Shown piece by piece: positions 37,317 to 47,504 of a stretch of DNA of 48,969 nucleotides; position 1 is the first letter of the stretch, and every line of letters starts with the position of its first letter. The stretch is from contig JACORV010000012.1 in the NCBI GenBank assembly GCA_016179225.1, positions 1 through 48,969 on the forward strand, written 5' to 3'. The stretch comes from Gemmatimonadota bacterium. Lineage in GTDB: Bacteria > Gemmatimonadota > Gemmatimonadetes > Gemmatimonadales > JACORV01. The position numbers and the translations under genes are program-made. Under the pieces are notes generated by a model. That model was not told the DNA's origin. It was given only the letters and a program-made list of their open reading frames with translations, and searched no databases.

Positions 37317-40300
37317 TTACTGGGCGAAGTTGACGACCGTAAAGCGGCCGATCCTGGTCCGGCCGTCCGGCGACTCGACGTGATAGAAGTACACGCCGCT
37401 GGCCACGAACTGGTTGTTCCGGTTGCGCAGATCCCAGACCTGCTCGCCGCTACCGGTCGGATCGTTGTGCGTCACGACGTTCACCAGGATCCCGCTGACG
37501 CTATAGATCCGGATGATCGACTGCGCGGGCAGGTTCACGAACCGCAGCACCTTCGAGTTCGGCGTGATCTCGCTGTTGTTCGTCACGTAGTACGGATCGG
37601 GAACCGTGTGGATCCGCCGCATCATCGAATCCGACGTGACCGTCGGCGTGAACGACGTGCCCTCGTACGCGATCCGCACGTGCATCCCGGGGACGGCCGG
37701 CGGGCGCTCAGCAGCCCGGTAGCTGTACGTCCCGCCCGACTGCGAGCTGGTCCGCACCGCGCCGGTGTAATACCGGACGTTCCAGACCGTGCCCGCCGCC
37801 GGAAGGGCCGTCATCTCCATGATGAAGGTGTGGCCGGCCAGGTACATGATGAATCCGTTGCCCGTCGCGGCCGCGGTGGCCAATGAAGCGGCGCTCCCAC
37901 CAACCGTAGCGATGGGGCTGAGCGTGGCCGTGTTCTGGAGCGGAGCGGTCGAGCCGCCGCACTCGCCGATAAGCGCCGGGGCCGGCTCGATGCAGTAGAT
38001 GTCGCCCCAGGTCAGGACATTATTGCGGCCGTCACGGGTGTTGGCCGCCGGCACAGCCGCGAACGACGCGTCCGTGAGGAAGCCCCACGACCCGCGGATC
38101 ATCGGATGGAACGGCACCTGGACGCCGTGGGTGATGTCCACGATCGAGTCCACCGTGCCGCCGGCGCCCCAGTACATCTGGAAGTCGGCCGCCCGCTTGG
38201 TGTAGGCCGTGATGGCTTCGAAATTCCGGCCCGGGACGCTGCTCGTGGTGTTGTACGACTGGAGCGTCATCACCGCTGTTACGCCGGGCAGCGAGCCCGC
38301 CGTGCGGTTCGGATTGCTCACCACCGGGGAGCCGCCGCACGCCCCGAAATAGCACATGCCCAGGTTGGGGTCGGGCGTGTTCTCGTTGGGCGTTCCGGCC
38401 CACCAGCGCGGCCCGTTGTACGCCGACCGCGTGGGGTCTCCATTGGCATCGCCGCGGGCCTGGTTGGTCAGGCGCCAGACGCCGGGCACGGTGAATTCCA
38501 GGCTGCCGAACAACGAGAAGTTCGAACCCGCGCCGAAGCGGGCGTTTTGCGCCGGGTCCACCGGCGCCGCCTCGAACGCGGTGATGAAGCTAAAGTCCGA
38601 GCTGAACGCGTCTATGCTGACCGGGATCTCCAGCGTGTCCGTCCCGGCGGCCCCAGCGACGCGCAGGTAGTATGCGCCGTCAATGCCGTTTAGCGACGCG
38701 CCGGGAACCACCGAGTCGAAGAACAGCTCCAGATTGCCCGAGCCGCTGATGATCTGCGGCACGAAGGCGGCGAAGCCCAACGCCATGTCGGTCGGCGGGA
38801 ACGGTCCGGAGAAGATGCCCGTCACCGGATCGATGGTGGGCACCGGGATGTCGGGAACGACGCTGCCGTCGGCGCGGATGAACTGCGGCGCGCCGAGGCT
38901 GCCTGCGGTCTCCTGGCCTGACGCCGACCGCGGGGTGATCGACTTGGTCACCAGCGGCGAGGACAGGCTCGAGGGGCCCGAGGCCAGGCTGTTCACGTCG
39001 AACGCAGTCACGGCGTAGAAGTAGCGGTAGCCGTTCCTCACCGAGTTGTCCTCGTACGCGAACGGCACGCCGGTGTCCTGGAGGCCGGGGAAGCCGGAGC
39101 CACCACCGGTTACGGCCGTGTCGGCCACGGTGATAAGCACGGTGCCGTTTGCCAGCGCCACGCGGCCCTGGGCGGCGACCTGCACCGCGCCGGGGAACGA
39201 CGGACCGAGGACCGCCAGCGGGATTTCGTGGTAGTTCACATACGGCGGCGCCGTGGCGAACGTCGCGGGGCACGAAGCCGTGATCCCCAGCTCCGGCGCG
39301 CACTGGTTGGCGCCGTCGGCGTTGTTGTAGTCACCGTTGAAGAAGGCGCCCGTGTAGTCGCGGATCGCCGGATGTTCCGCGGTAGTCTTGTAGTCGAACT
39401 GGGCGATCATCTCCATGGTCGCGGGGCTGCGGCCACGCCAGACCCGGTAGCCTTCGACGTCGAACTCACGGAAGTTGGGGTCAAAGAGCTGGCCCGACGC
39501 CGGGTTGCTCGCGACCGCGAAATACGGATCGCCCACTGTTTCCGTGTTCGACGCACGCCACACGACCGTCACCCGGTTGTTCGAAGGGACCAGATAGAAG
39601 TCCGGTGCCTCCGGGGCGAACGGCAGCAGGAACTGGTTGTCGAACACGCCCTGCGCCACCAGCGCCTTGTCCAGCAGCGAGCCCCTGACGACGCTGATCT
39701 CCCTCGGGATGCTGAGCACGGTGACGTCGTTCCGGATGACGGTTCGCGGCTGTTCGATCACGCCGTTGCCGTTCAAGTCGGCGTGACTGACCCATCCCAT
39801 GGTCCGGTCGATCAACCGAAGGGTGTCCAGCCCGGTGACCAGCCGGTCGCCCGCCGGGACGATCCCTGGCAGGAGGTTGGTGTTGCCGATGTACGGCCCG
39901 AGGCTGTAGGTCGGCGCGCCCGGGTTCGTCAACAGGGCGGGTGCCGCCATGTACGCCACCACGACCACCGATGTCTGGCCGGGGGCCAGGCTGAAGGGGC
40001 CGCTCGACTGCATGGTGCGCTGGTCCGAGGGCGCCTGCGTCAGGAAGCACAGGCGGCGCGCCGGAACATACTGGCAACTGTTGTTGTCACCAAAGGTCGG
40101 GCTGGCCGTACCCTGCATGTACCGGTAGCCCTGGGTAATGTTGATTGGGTCAGGGAAGAGCGAGTTGGGCGCCGACGGGTTGGTATAGGTCGAGAAAATG
40201 GTGATGCCGAATTCCTGGTTGGTCGCCGGGTCGATCGGGCTCTTGAGGTACTTCACGCCCACGAAGCCCGGGGCGGAGGCGAACGGCGGGGTGAAGATGT

Positions 40301-41309
40301 TCGGCGGGAACTGCCAGGTCGACTCCCGCCAATCCGACTTCCAGGTGACGCCCAGCGAGAACGGCAGCGCCGCGGAGGCATAGTTGTTGGTCGCGTCGCC
40401 GACGTCCATGTCGGCCGTGAACGCGACGAACATGTTGTCGATGGTGTAGCCGGCGTCGGGGATCGCGACGTTGAACGCCGCCTCGGACTGCGACTGGAAG
40501 AGGTCTCCCAGCGCACCCACCTCGGCGATGTCCGCGGCGGTGTATCCCAGGCTGGACAGGCCGGCGTACGCGCCCGACGAGGCCCTGGCGGTGATGTTGG
40601 TGAACCGGAAGATGAAGTAGATGAGGTCTTCATTGCCGGTGGGGAAGTTCCACGCCAGCGACCGCTGCTCGACCAGCACACCCATCGTGTGGCTGCGGCC
40701 CGTCACGAGGCTCGGGGCGCCGTCCCAGTAGCGCATCCACGTGTCCTGCTGCGAGACGTTCGCGCGGCACTCCGTGAGATCACCCGCGAGGCACTCCGGT
40801 TTAATGAGGGACGGGTGGAAAAGGGAGGTGTCCCGCACGTAGGCCGCCGACGGCCAGTTTGCGACGTCGTCGCTGTTGAGCGAGTTGTAGATCCCGGTCA
40901 GGCCCTGCATGTGCTCGGCCGGGCCCCGGGTATCAATCGCCCAGGCCCCGACGGTGTCGCCCGCCCACGCGAAGCCGGCGTTGGCCGGGATGATGCCGGC
41001 GAGCTGGATGCCGGTGTTGAAGACGTACTGGTCCGGCGTACCGCGCGGCCACGACCCGCCGCCCAGCACCGGGCTGCCGGTCACGTCCGTGCAGACGTTG
41101 CCCGCGTCCGTCAGACCGCAGTAGAAGCGGTTGACCTCGAGGCTCAGGCTGGGCGCCCCGGCGAAGAGCTGGAAGCCGCGCCGGGCCGCTGCGCGCGCCC
41201 GGGGACCCGGGCGCTCAGGGCGAGTGGCCTGCGCGGTGCTAGCGGCGAGCACCGACACTCCGCCCACCAGCACACCGGCCATCGCCAACCGCTGTAGAAC
41301 ATTCGTCAT
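37317..41309 (-). CDS. Large secreted protein (1330 aa) with Fn3-like region and T9SS type-A-like C-terminal domain
   Basis: Signal peptide; EGYRVWR...Y.Y.VTAFD; C-terminus VPDPY...LRFVNLP...IRIYSVSG.LV...WDLRN...VASGVYFYHV. Confidence 0.8.
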   Translation of the reverse strand: MTNVLQRLAMAGVLVGGVSVLAASTAQATRPERPGPRARAAARRGFQLFAGAPSLSLEVNRFYCGLTDAGNVCTDVTGSPVLGGGSWPRGTPDQYVFNTGIQLAGIIPANAGFAWAGDTVGAWAIDTRGPAEHMQGLTGIYNSLNSDDVANWPSAAYVRDTSLFHPSLIKPECLAGDLTECRANVSQQDTWMRYWDGAPSLVTGRSHTMGVLVEQRSLAWNFPTGNEDLIYFIFRFTNITARASSGAYAGLSSLGYTAADIAEVGALGDLFQSQSEAAFNVAIPDAGYTIDNMFVAFTADMDVGDATNNYASAALPFSLGVTWKSDWRESTWQFPPNIFTPPFASAPGFVGVKYLKSPIDPATNQEFGITIFSTYTNPSAPNSLFPDPINITQGYRYMQGTASPTFGDNNSCQYVPARRLCFLTQAPSDQRTMQSSGPFSLAPGQTSVVVVAYMAAPALLTNPGAPTYSLGPYIGNTNLLPGIVPAGDRLVTGLDTLRLIDRTMGWVSHADLNGNGVIEQPRTVIRNDVTVLSIPREISVVRGSLLDKALVAQGVFDNQFLLPFAPEAPDFYLVPSNNRVTVVWRASNTETVGDPYFAVASNPASGQLFDPNFREFDVEGYRVWRGRSPATMEMIAQFDYKTTAEHPAIRDYTGAFFNGDYNNADGANQCAPELGITASCPATFATAPPYVNYHEIPLAVLGPSFPGAVQVAAQGRVALANGTVLITVADTAVTGGGSGFPGLQDTGVPFAYEDNSVRNGYRYFYAVTAFDVNSLASGPSSLSSPLVTKSITPRSASGQETAGSLGAPQFIRADGSVVPDIPVPTIDPVTGIFSGPFPPTDMALGFAAFVPQIISGSGNLELFFDSVVPGASLNGIDGAYYLRVAGAAGTDTLEIPVSIDAFSSDFSFITAFEAAPVDPAQNARFGAGSNFSLFGSLEFTVPGVWRLTNQARGDANGDPTRSAYNGPRWWAGTPNENTPDPNLGMCYFGACGGSPVVSNPNRTAGSLPGVTAVMTLQSYNTTSSVPGRNFEAITAYTKRAADFQMYWGAGGTVDSIVDITHGVQVPFHPMIRGSWGFLTDASFAAVPAANTRDGRNNVLTWGDIYCIEPAPALIGECGGSTAPLQNTATLSPIATVGGSAASLATAAATGNGFIMYLAGHTFIMEMTALPAAGTVWNVRYYTGAVRTSSQSGGTYSYRAAERPPAVPGMHVRIAYEGTSFTPTVTSDSMMRRIHTVPDPYYVTNNSEITPNSKVLRFVNLPAQSIIRIYSVSGILVNVVTHNDPTGSGEQVWDLRNRNNQFVASGVYFYHVESPDGRTRIGRFTVVNFAQ

Positions 41310-41384
41310 TATCCGAACTCCTTGCCAGTTGTCCGGCGGCGGCGCCGCGCCCTTGGCGCGCGGCGTCGCCCCCGTTCACGTGCG

Positions 41385-44300
41385 TTAGAAGTGCAGCTCG
41401 AACCCGATGCGCATATTGAAGCCCGGGCCCTTGAAGATCTGCGGCCCGCTCCACCCGTTGTAGTACGCGTCGAACGCCCGTTGCTGCTCGTCCGCGCTGA
41501 AGATGCCGTCCGGGGTGCCCGTAGCGTAGCGCCGCTCGGCGCCGCGCAGCAGCAGGCAATCCGGCACGCCCTTGGACCCGTTCGGCCCGTAGGGGTAGGC
41601 GGAGCAGTCCGTCAGGTCGATGGAGCCGTCCGCTTGCACCAGGCCGCCCGCGTCGTTCCGCAGCGTCGTGAAGATGTCGGTCAGCTGCTCCGTCTGGTAG
41701 CGCTCGTTCCGAACGTCACCCGTCTCGGCGAAGAGCCCGGCGATGTTGGTGAAGTTGAACAGGTTCCGGAAGTCGGCGAAGGCCGTGACGTCACGGTCGC
41801 CGCCGAGGCGGAACCCGCGGGTCACGCGCAGATCCACGTTCTTGATCCACGGCGTGCGCGACGCGTTCAGGGGCTCGGCCGCGAAGCCGCCGAGGCCGAA
41901 GGCGTTACCGGGAGCCTGCTGCCCGTTCCCGTCGTTGATCATCTTGGTGTACGGCAGGCCGCTCGCGAAGCGGAAGGTCGCGAAAAAGCCGAAATCCTGC
42001 AGCAGAGAGCCGTACCAGTCGCCGGACCGCCAGCCGTGCGGAAGGCTCAGCGAGCCGCTGCCCGCGATGGTGTGCGTCCGGTCGTCACGCGTCGGCAGCA
42101 GCGCCTGCGCCGGCGGCGTGCGGTCCTGGGTCACGGTGCTGATTTGCCGCGACGTGGTGCCCAGGTACTCGAACGGATCCGAGCCGGTGCTACCGGCCCG
42201 CTGGAAGGTGTAGGACAGCGAGCCGGCGAATAGCGATCCGGAGCGGGCGTCGAGCTTGATGTCCACGCCGCGCGAGTTCCCGAAATCCTCGTTCGTCATC
42301 ACGTTGTAATTGATGAGCCGGCCCTGGAACACGTCGTTGAAGCCGACGATGCGGGCGGCGAGGTCCGACACCTTGTCCTTATTGTAGGCCGCAATGTCGA
42401 GGACCAGGTCGTCGCTGAACGCGTGCCGGATGCCGAACTCGAACAGGATGGAGCGCCCGTAGCGCAGCGGCGAGCCGTAGGTGGCGTTGGTGTTGTAGTA
42501 CGACGCGTCGCCATTGGCGCGCTGCGCCATGCGGTTGAAGTCCGGCTGCTGCACCTGGTGCGAGTACGACAGGCGGAAGCCCGTCCGGTCGGTCACGGGG
42601 AAGGAGACCCGCAGCGACGGCGAGAGCCGCGAGCGCGTCGGCGCCTCGACCATGTTGCAGGTGGAGAGCGCCACCGAGTCGGCCGCGGTGGCCGTGCCGC
42701 CGCTGACCAGTGTGAACAGCTGGCCGCAACGCTGGCCCATCGCCGTATCGGCGGCGGTGTATGCCACCGACAGGTCACCCTGCCGCAGCGGATCGTTGAA
42801 GGTGCGGGGGAAAGCCCGCGCGAAGAGCAGGTCCGGGTTGAACCGGTCGTACCGCAGACCGACCTCGATCACCAGGTCCCCGAGGTCGAGGCGGTTGTTC
42901 GCGAACAGGCCGAAGCGGCTGGGCGTGTTCCGGTAGGCGTCGAGCCCGAAGAACTCGTTCATATCGCTCGTCCAGGCGTCTTCGGTCGCACGCAGCCAGT
43001 CGCCGCCGAAGCGGACGCGGTTGTAGCGGTCCGCCTGCCAGTCGAGGTTGACGCGTGCGGTCAGCCGCGATTCCCGCGCGAGGACGGGGTTCACGTCGGC
43101 GTAGCCGCGGTCCGTGAAGCCGACGCCGGAGTTCACGCCGTACGGGTTCTGCCGGTAGAGCGCGGTGGTGGCCAACAGGTCCTGCCGGCCCACAAACGGG
43201 ATGCAGGCACCCACGGTGCCGGCGCTGGTCTGCCGCGTGCTCTGGCAGACGGCGCCCCCCAGCCGGACATTTGTGATCAGCTGGTCGTCGATCGGGAAGT
43301 TGTCCCGGTTGACGAGGAACTCCATGGACGACGTGGAGAACCAGCCGAACGGTTCGCGGTTGTCCTCGAACCAGGACGGGTCCAGGGCACCGCTGATGAA
43401 GTCGTCCCGCTGCCAGCTGGCGTTGGCCTCGAGGAAGAGCGCCCGCTCGCTGGAGCGCGCGAGGTTCTGCGTGTAGTTGAGGATCAAGGCCCGCGAGGTC
43501 TGGCGCTGGCCGCTGCGGGCTTGGGGGTTGTACAAGCCGAAGAAGGGCTGAACCAGGCTCTGGTCGCGGCTCGCCAGGTACGTGATAGACGCCCGAGAGC
43601 CCGTACCAAATGAGTACTGCAATTTCCCGTTCATCGTTAGGGCGTCGGACCACGCGTCGGGCCGCCGCGACCCCTGCGAGTAACGCGTAAACGCCGGGAT
43701 GCTCACGACGGCCGAGTCGGAAGCCGGGTTCCCCGGGTCTTTCGGGACCGTCACGGTCCCGTTCGGAGCCTCGGGATTCGACGTGTCGAACCCGTTCTGC
43801 ACGTAAATGGGCACATCCTCGGCGCCCTTGGGCTGCCGGATGTTCTGCTGGCCGGCGAGCGTGGTGCCGAGGAAGAAGGTCAGGTTGCGCGCAATCGGGC
43901 CGCCGATGCTGGCCTCGACGCGGTGCAGCCCCTGACCGTACGTCTCGCCGGAGAGCTCGTCCGTCGAGTAGCTCAGCGTCCCGCGGAAATCCGAGCCTCC
44001 CGCGCGCGTCACCATGGAGATGACGCCCGACTGGGCATCGCCGAACTCCACGCCGATGGCGCCCGTCGTGACCGACGCCTCCTCCAGCGCGTTGGTGCCA
44101 ACGGTGACCGTGCGGGCTTCCGAAACCCCGCCCGCGTTCCCGGTCGAAACGCCGAAGCCGCTGCTCAGGTTGCGGATCTGCACGCCGTCCACGTACACCG
44201 CCGCCTCACCGGGCCGGCCGCCGCGAATCACCAACCCGCGGGTGCCTTCCACCACGCCCGGCTGGAGACGCAGCACCTGGCTGATGTCGTCGGCCGGCAG

Positions 44301-44756
44301 CTGGTCGATCAGGTCGCCCTGCACGATCGGCTTCGAGGTCACCTGGTCCCGCGGCACGATCGGGTTCGCCTCGACCGTGACCGTGATCCCCGTGACCTCC
44401 ACCGCCCGCGCCTCGAGCGTCAGGTTCACCGTCATCGTTTGCTCGGCGAACACCCGGACGTTCCGGACCTCGGCAGGAGCGTACCCGATATACTGCGCCC
44501 GGATCGCCATCACGCCGGCCGGCACGTTGTTGATGAAGTAATACCCCTGCTCGTTCGTGCTCGCGGTAAATGCGGATCCCACGACGAGCACCTGCGCACC
44601 GACGACCGGCGCGCCCGCTTGATCCCTCACCGTGCCTTCGATCTTGCCGGTCGTGCTCTGAGCGGCGAGACGGCCCGCTCCGAGCAGCGCCACGGCCACT
44701 AGGGCCGTCGCCGCGCGAGCGAGGCGAGAGAAGGCCCAGCGACTACGTTGAGTCAT
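41385..44756 (-). CDS. TonB-dependent receptor with carboxypeptidase-regulatory-like N-terminal domain
   Basis: ATG 44756 follows GGAGG; signal peptide; TGKIEGTV.D, GYYFI.NVP.G, IRGGR.GE...YVDG, EFGDAQSGVI, GLRYD, SP.LRVSFPV; C-terminal Phe. Confidence 0.9.
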   Translation of the reverse strand: MTQRSRWAFSRLARAATALVAVALLGAGRLAAQSTTGKIEGTVRDQAGAPVVGAQVLVVGSAFTASTNEQGYYFINNVPAGVMAIRAQYIGYAPAEVRNVRVFAEQTMTVNLTLEARAVEVTGITVTVEANPIVPRDQVTSKPIVQGDLIDQLPADDISQVLRLQPGVVEGTRGLVIRGGRPGEAAVYVDGVQIRNLSSGFGVSTGNAGGVSEARTVTVGTNALEEASVTTGAIGVEFGDAQSGVISMVTRAGGSDFRGTLSYSTDELSGETYGQGLHRVEASIGGPIARNLTFFLGTTLAGQQNIRQPKGAEDVPIYVQNGFDTSNPEAPNGTVTVPKDPGNPASDSAVVSIPAFTRYSQGSRRPDAWSDALTMNGKLQYSFGTGSRASITYLASRDQSLVQPFFGLYNPQARSGQRQTSRALILNYTQNLARSSERALFLEANASWQRDDFISGALDPSWFEDNREPFGWFSTSSMEFLVNRDNFPIDDQLITNVRLGGAVCQSTRQTSAGTVGACIPFVGRQDLLATTALYRQNPYGVNSGVGFTDRGYADVNPVLARESRLTARVNLDWQADRYNRVRFGGDWLRATEDAWTSDMNEFFGLDAYRNTPSRFGLFANNRLDLGDLVIEVGLRYDRFNPDLLFARAFPRTFNDPLRQGDLSVAYTAADTAMGQRCGQLFTLVSGGTATAADSVALSTCNMVEAPTRSRLSPSLRVSFPVTDRTGFRLSYSHQVQQPDFNRMAQRANGDASYYNTNATYGSPLRYGRSILFEFGIRHAFSDDLVLDIAAYNKDKVSDLAARIVGFNDVFQGRLINYNVMTNEDFGNSRGVDIKLDARSGSLFAGSLSYTFQRAGSTGSDPFEYLGTTSRQISTVTQDRTPPAQALLPTRDDRTHTIAGSGSLSLPHGWRSGDWYGSLLQDFGFFATFRFASGLPYTKMINDGNGQQAPGNAFGLGGFAAEPLNASRTPWIKNVDLRVTRGFRLGGDRDVTAFADFRNLFNFTNIAGLFAETGDVRNERYQTEQLTDIFTTLRNDAGGLVQADGSIDLTDCSAYPYGPNGSKGVPDCLLLRGAERRYATGTPDGIFSADEQQRAFDAYYNGWSGPQIFKGPGFNMRIGFELHF

Positions 44757-45031
44757 TGACGACCTCCAAAGGCGTGAACACGCGGGGACACGAAAAACGA
44801 ACCAGGCAGCGACACGCCACCTCCCTTCGTTCGAGCGTCCGGGAAACCCGAAACAGAATTGTGTGTGATCTGCAACGATGCTCCAACTAGCGGCCATGCC
44901 GTTAGCAGCGGCCCTGCCGCGCCCGGGCCGACCGGCCCAAGGTCACTGGCTGCCAATATGCCCTGGCCAAACAAACGATGTCAAGCGGCCCATTGTACCC
45001 TCGCGGGACAACTGTCCCCGAACGTGGACAT

Positions 45032-45508
45032 CTATCCGGGCCGCCCCGGCTCTTCCGTGGACGCCCCCGAGAACCGCTGGCCCAGCGTTGCCAGCGACGA
45101 CCCGAAATCCGCGACGCTCAGCTTCCGCCGGTCGAGGTCGGCCGCCTTGGCGCGGAGCTCCTCGAGCCCCGCGCGGGTCTCGGCCTGGAGGCTGTCGGCG
45201 CGCCGGGCGAGCTCCGCCATCACCTGGTCGAGGAGCTGGGTGACCCGCTCCGCGTGCGCCTGCTGGCGCCGCGAGAGGTCGTCGAGCTGGGCGGTGACGC
45301 GCTGCGACATCTCGTCAATCTTGCGCTCGATCCGGCGCTCGAGCTCGGCCAGGCTGCGGTCGACCCGCTGCTCCAGCTCGGCCGTCCGCGTCGCCGCCGC
45401 CTGCCGGTCGTTCGTGAGCGCCTGATCGAGACGCGCCATGTCCGCACCGAACAGGATCTGGCGGACGGTGTCGAGCTCGGAAGGCGATGGTCCAGGTGAA
45501 GTCGTCAC
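45032..45508 (-). CDS. Hypothetical coiled-coil protein
   Basis: ELDTVRQILFG followed by heptad-rich E/R/L/Q sequence. Confidence 0.7.
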   Translation of the reverse strand: MTTSPGPSPSELDTVRQILFGADMARLDQALTNDRQAAATRTAELEQRVDRSLAELERRIERKIDEMSQRVTAQLDDLSRRQQAHAERVTQLLDQVMAELARRADSLQAETRAGLEELRAKAADLDRRKLSVADFGSSLATLGQRFSGASTEEPGRPG

Positions 45509-45569
45509 GCAGGCCGCTCCGACGAAAAGTGCCCAATGTTAGCGCGGGGCACCCGAGCCCGCCAGGGCT

Positions 45570-46775
45570 TCATCCGGCCCTCACGTCCAGACAGATCAGG
45601 TCCCGCTGGGGCTCCGCCGGTGTGACCTCGGGACCGCGCTCGTGCAGTACGACGTTGATCTCGCTGCGCACGCCGAAGCGGCCGGGGAGATACACGCCCG
45701 GCTCGACGGAGAACCCGACTCCGGGAAGGAGCTTGCGATCGTCGTGGGTCTCGAAGTTGTCGAGGTGCGGGCCCGAGCCGTGCAGCTCGCGGTCGATCGA
45801 GTGCCCGGTGCGGTGCACGAAATACTCCCCGAAGCCCGCGTTGGCGATCACCTTCCGGGCCGCGTCGTCCAGCTCGGCGCCGGTGACCGACCACCCCTCC
45901 CGCCACTTGTCGGCGAGCAGCGCCACCGCGCGGTCGCGTGCGTCGCGCACCACCTCGAAGACGCGCGTCACGTCGGCAGGCGGCGACGTCCCGAGGAAAG
46001 CCATCCAGGTCTGGTCCGCGTACACCGCCTCCAGCGACACGCCCGCCCACAGGTCGAGCAGCAGCACCTCGCCCGGCTGGATGGCCGTGTCGGAGAGGGC
46101 GGTCGGCTCGTGATGGGGATTGGCGGAGTGTTCGCCGGTCGCGACGATCGGGGGGGCGTCGGTGTGCAGCCCCGACCGCTCGAACGCCTCGAGCACCCAG
46201 CGCTGGAGACCCTGCTCCGTCGGCATCATACCTTCGGCGAACCAGTCGCGCACCCGCTCGAATCCGGCCAGAGCGATCTCGCGGATCAGCTCCGCGGCCC
46301 GCCGATGGCCCTCAAGCTCGGCCTCACTCCAGCGCGCCGCGATCGCGGTGACCAGCTCGGAGGAGGTCACCACCTCGGCCCCCGAGGCCCGGACCAGCTC
46401 GACCACGCCCGCCGGCACCCGATCGAGGTAGGGCACGGCGTCCTTCGCCGAGTATTCCATCGCGATGCGCTTGCCCGAGAGTACTGCGCCCAGCTCGCGC
46501 TCCAGCTCCCGCCACGATGCGTAGGTGCGGACGTCGCCCGGGAACCCGTCGACCCGATGGACCTCGATCTTGTGCGCGATCGCCGTCGGCCGCCCCACGG
46601 CCGGGATGAAGACGAACAGGCGCCGGGTCGCCAGCCCGCCGAGCCCGAGCACCCGCGTCGCGACCGGGTTGAGCCCATGGAAGTCGAACAGGAGCCAGCC
46701 GTCACAGCGCAGATCGGGCAGGATCCTGCGGATTTGCACCAGCGTCTCGGGCGTCAGGTGCTCGGTCACACTCAT
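45570..46775 (-). CDS. M24B Xaa-Pro peptidase family protein
   Basis: ANPHH, LLDLW...YADQT, HRTGHSI...HG, FSVEPGVY...GVRSE. ATG 46775 overlaps the upstream stop. Confidence 0.92.
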   Translation of the reverse strand: MSVTEHLTPETLVQIRRILPDLRCDGWLLFDFHGLNPVATRVLGLGGLATRRLFVFIPAVGRPTAIAHKIEVHRVDGFPGDVRTYASWRELERELGAVLSGKRIAMEYSAKDAVPYLDRVPAGVVELVRASGAEVVTSSELVTAIAARWSEAELEGHRRAAELIREIALAGFERVRDWFAEGMMPTEQGLQRWVLEAFERSGLHTDAPPIVATGEHSANPHHEPTALSDTAIQPGEVLLLDLWAGVSLEAVYADQTWMAFLGTSPPADVTRVFEVVRDARDRAVALLADKWREGWSVTGAELDDAARKVIANAGFGEYFVHRTGHSIDRELHGSGPHLDNFETHDDRKLLPGVGFSVEPGVYLPGRFGVRSEINVVLHERGPEVTPAEPQRDLICLDVRAG

Positions 46776-47416
46776 CGGGTGCCTTGCGCCGAGGGGGTGA
46801 GGGTCGAGCGCCACTCGCAGCGCGCGTCGCCGCGTGCCACGCATCGGCTGTGGGTCATCGCGCCGTCGAACTCCACGAGCTGCCGGAGCAGCTCGGCGAA
46901 GGCGGCTGAAAAGAACGCGCACGCCGCGCCGTCGGGCGTGGCCCGCACCGGCAGCGTGTGGGAGATCAGCGCTACCGTCGCGCCGCCGTCCCGCGCCAGT
47001 GTCGCCGCGAACACCTCGGCGGCGGCGCGGCGCGAGGCCCGGAACCCGACGGCGCGGCGCAGGAAGCGCGGCAGGCGGCGTGCGCTCCAGCGCGTGGTGA
47101 GCGCGAGTCGCCGGACCGCGTGTCGCGCAGCGCGGCGCCCGCCGTCCGCGAACACCAGCGCGGCATCGGTCCGCCGGCTCGCGAGGCGAAGGATCTGCTC
47201 GGCCTCCTCGGCGCGCACCGGCCCGTCGCGCCGCACCACGATCTCGTACCGGCCGATCTGCGCGGCGACCGTCTCGGAAAGGCCCAGTCGCTTCTTGAGC
47301 AGCTCATCCACGTACTCGGCCACCTCTTCGTCGCTGGGAGAGTCGAGGTTCCGCATCGCCTCGAGAACGGCGAGCGGGATGATGCTGTGAGCCTCGAAAA
47401 GGTCGCGTTGCGTCAC
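46772..47416 (-). CDS. Hypothetical protein with V4R-like C-terminal domain
   Basis: C-terminal AC.FF...H.RC.ARGD.RC.W V4R-type pattern. Start uncertain. Confidence 0.7.
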   Translation of the reverse strand: MTQRDLFEAHSIIPLAVLEAMRNLDSPSDEEVAEYVDELLKKRLGLSETVAAQIGRYEIVVRRDGPVRAEEAEQILRLASRRTDAALVFADGGRRAARHAVRRLALTTRWSARRLPRFLRRAVGFRASRRAAAEVFAATLARDGGATVALISHTLPVRATPDGAACAFFSAAFAELLRQLVEFDGAMTHSRCVARGDARCEWRSTLTPSAQGTR

Positions 47417-47504
47417 GGCGTGCGCGCCCAAGATAGCCCGGGCGCGCGCCGGGAACCAAGGGCGGCGTTGCGGGCGCGGCGCGCGGCGCGCACTCTACGC
47501 CCGC

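Noticed and set aside
41338-41370. GC hairpin between the TBDR and the CTD protein as a terminator or ncRNA
   Set aside because: No U-tract and too short to call. At most an mRNA-stabilising stem.
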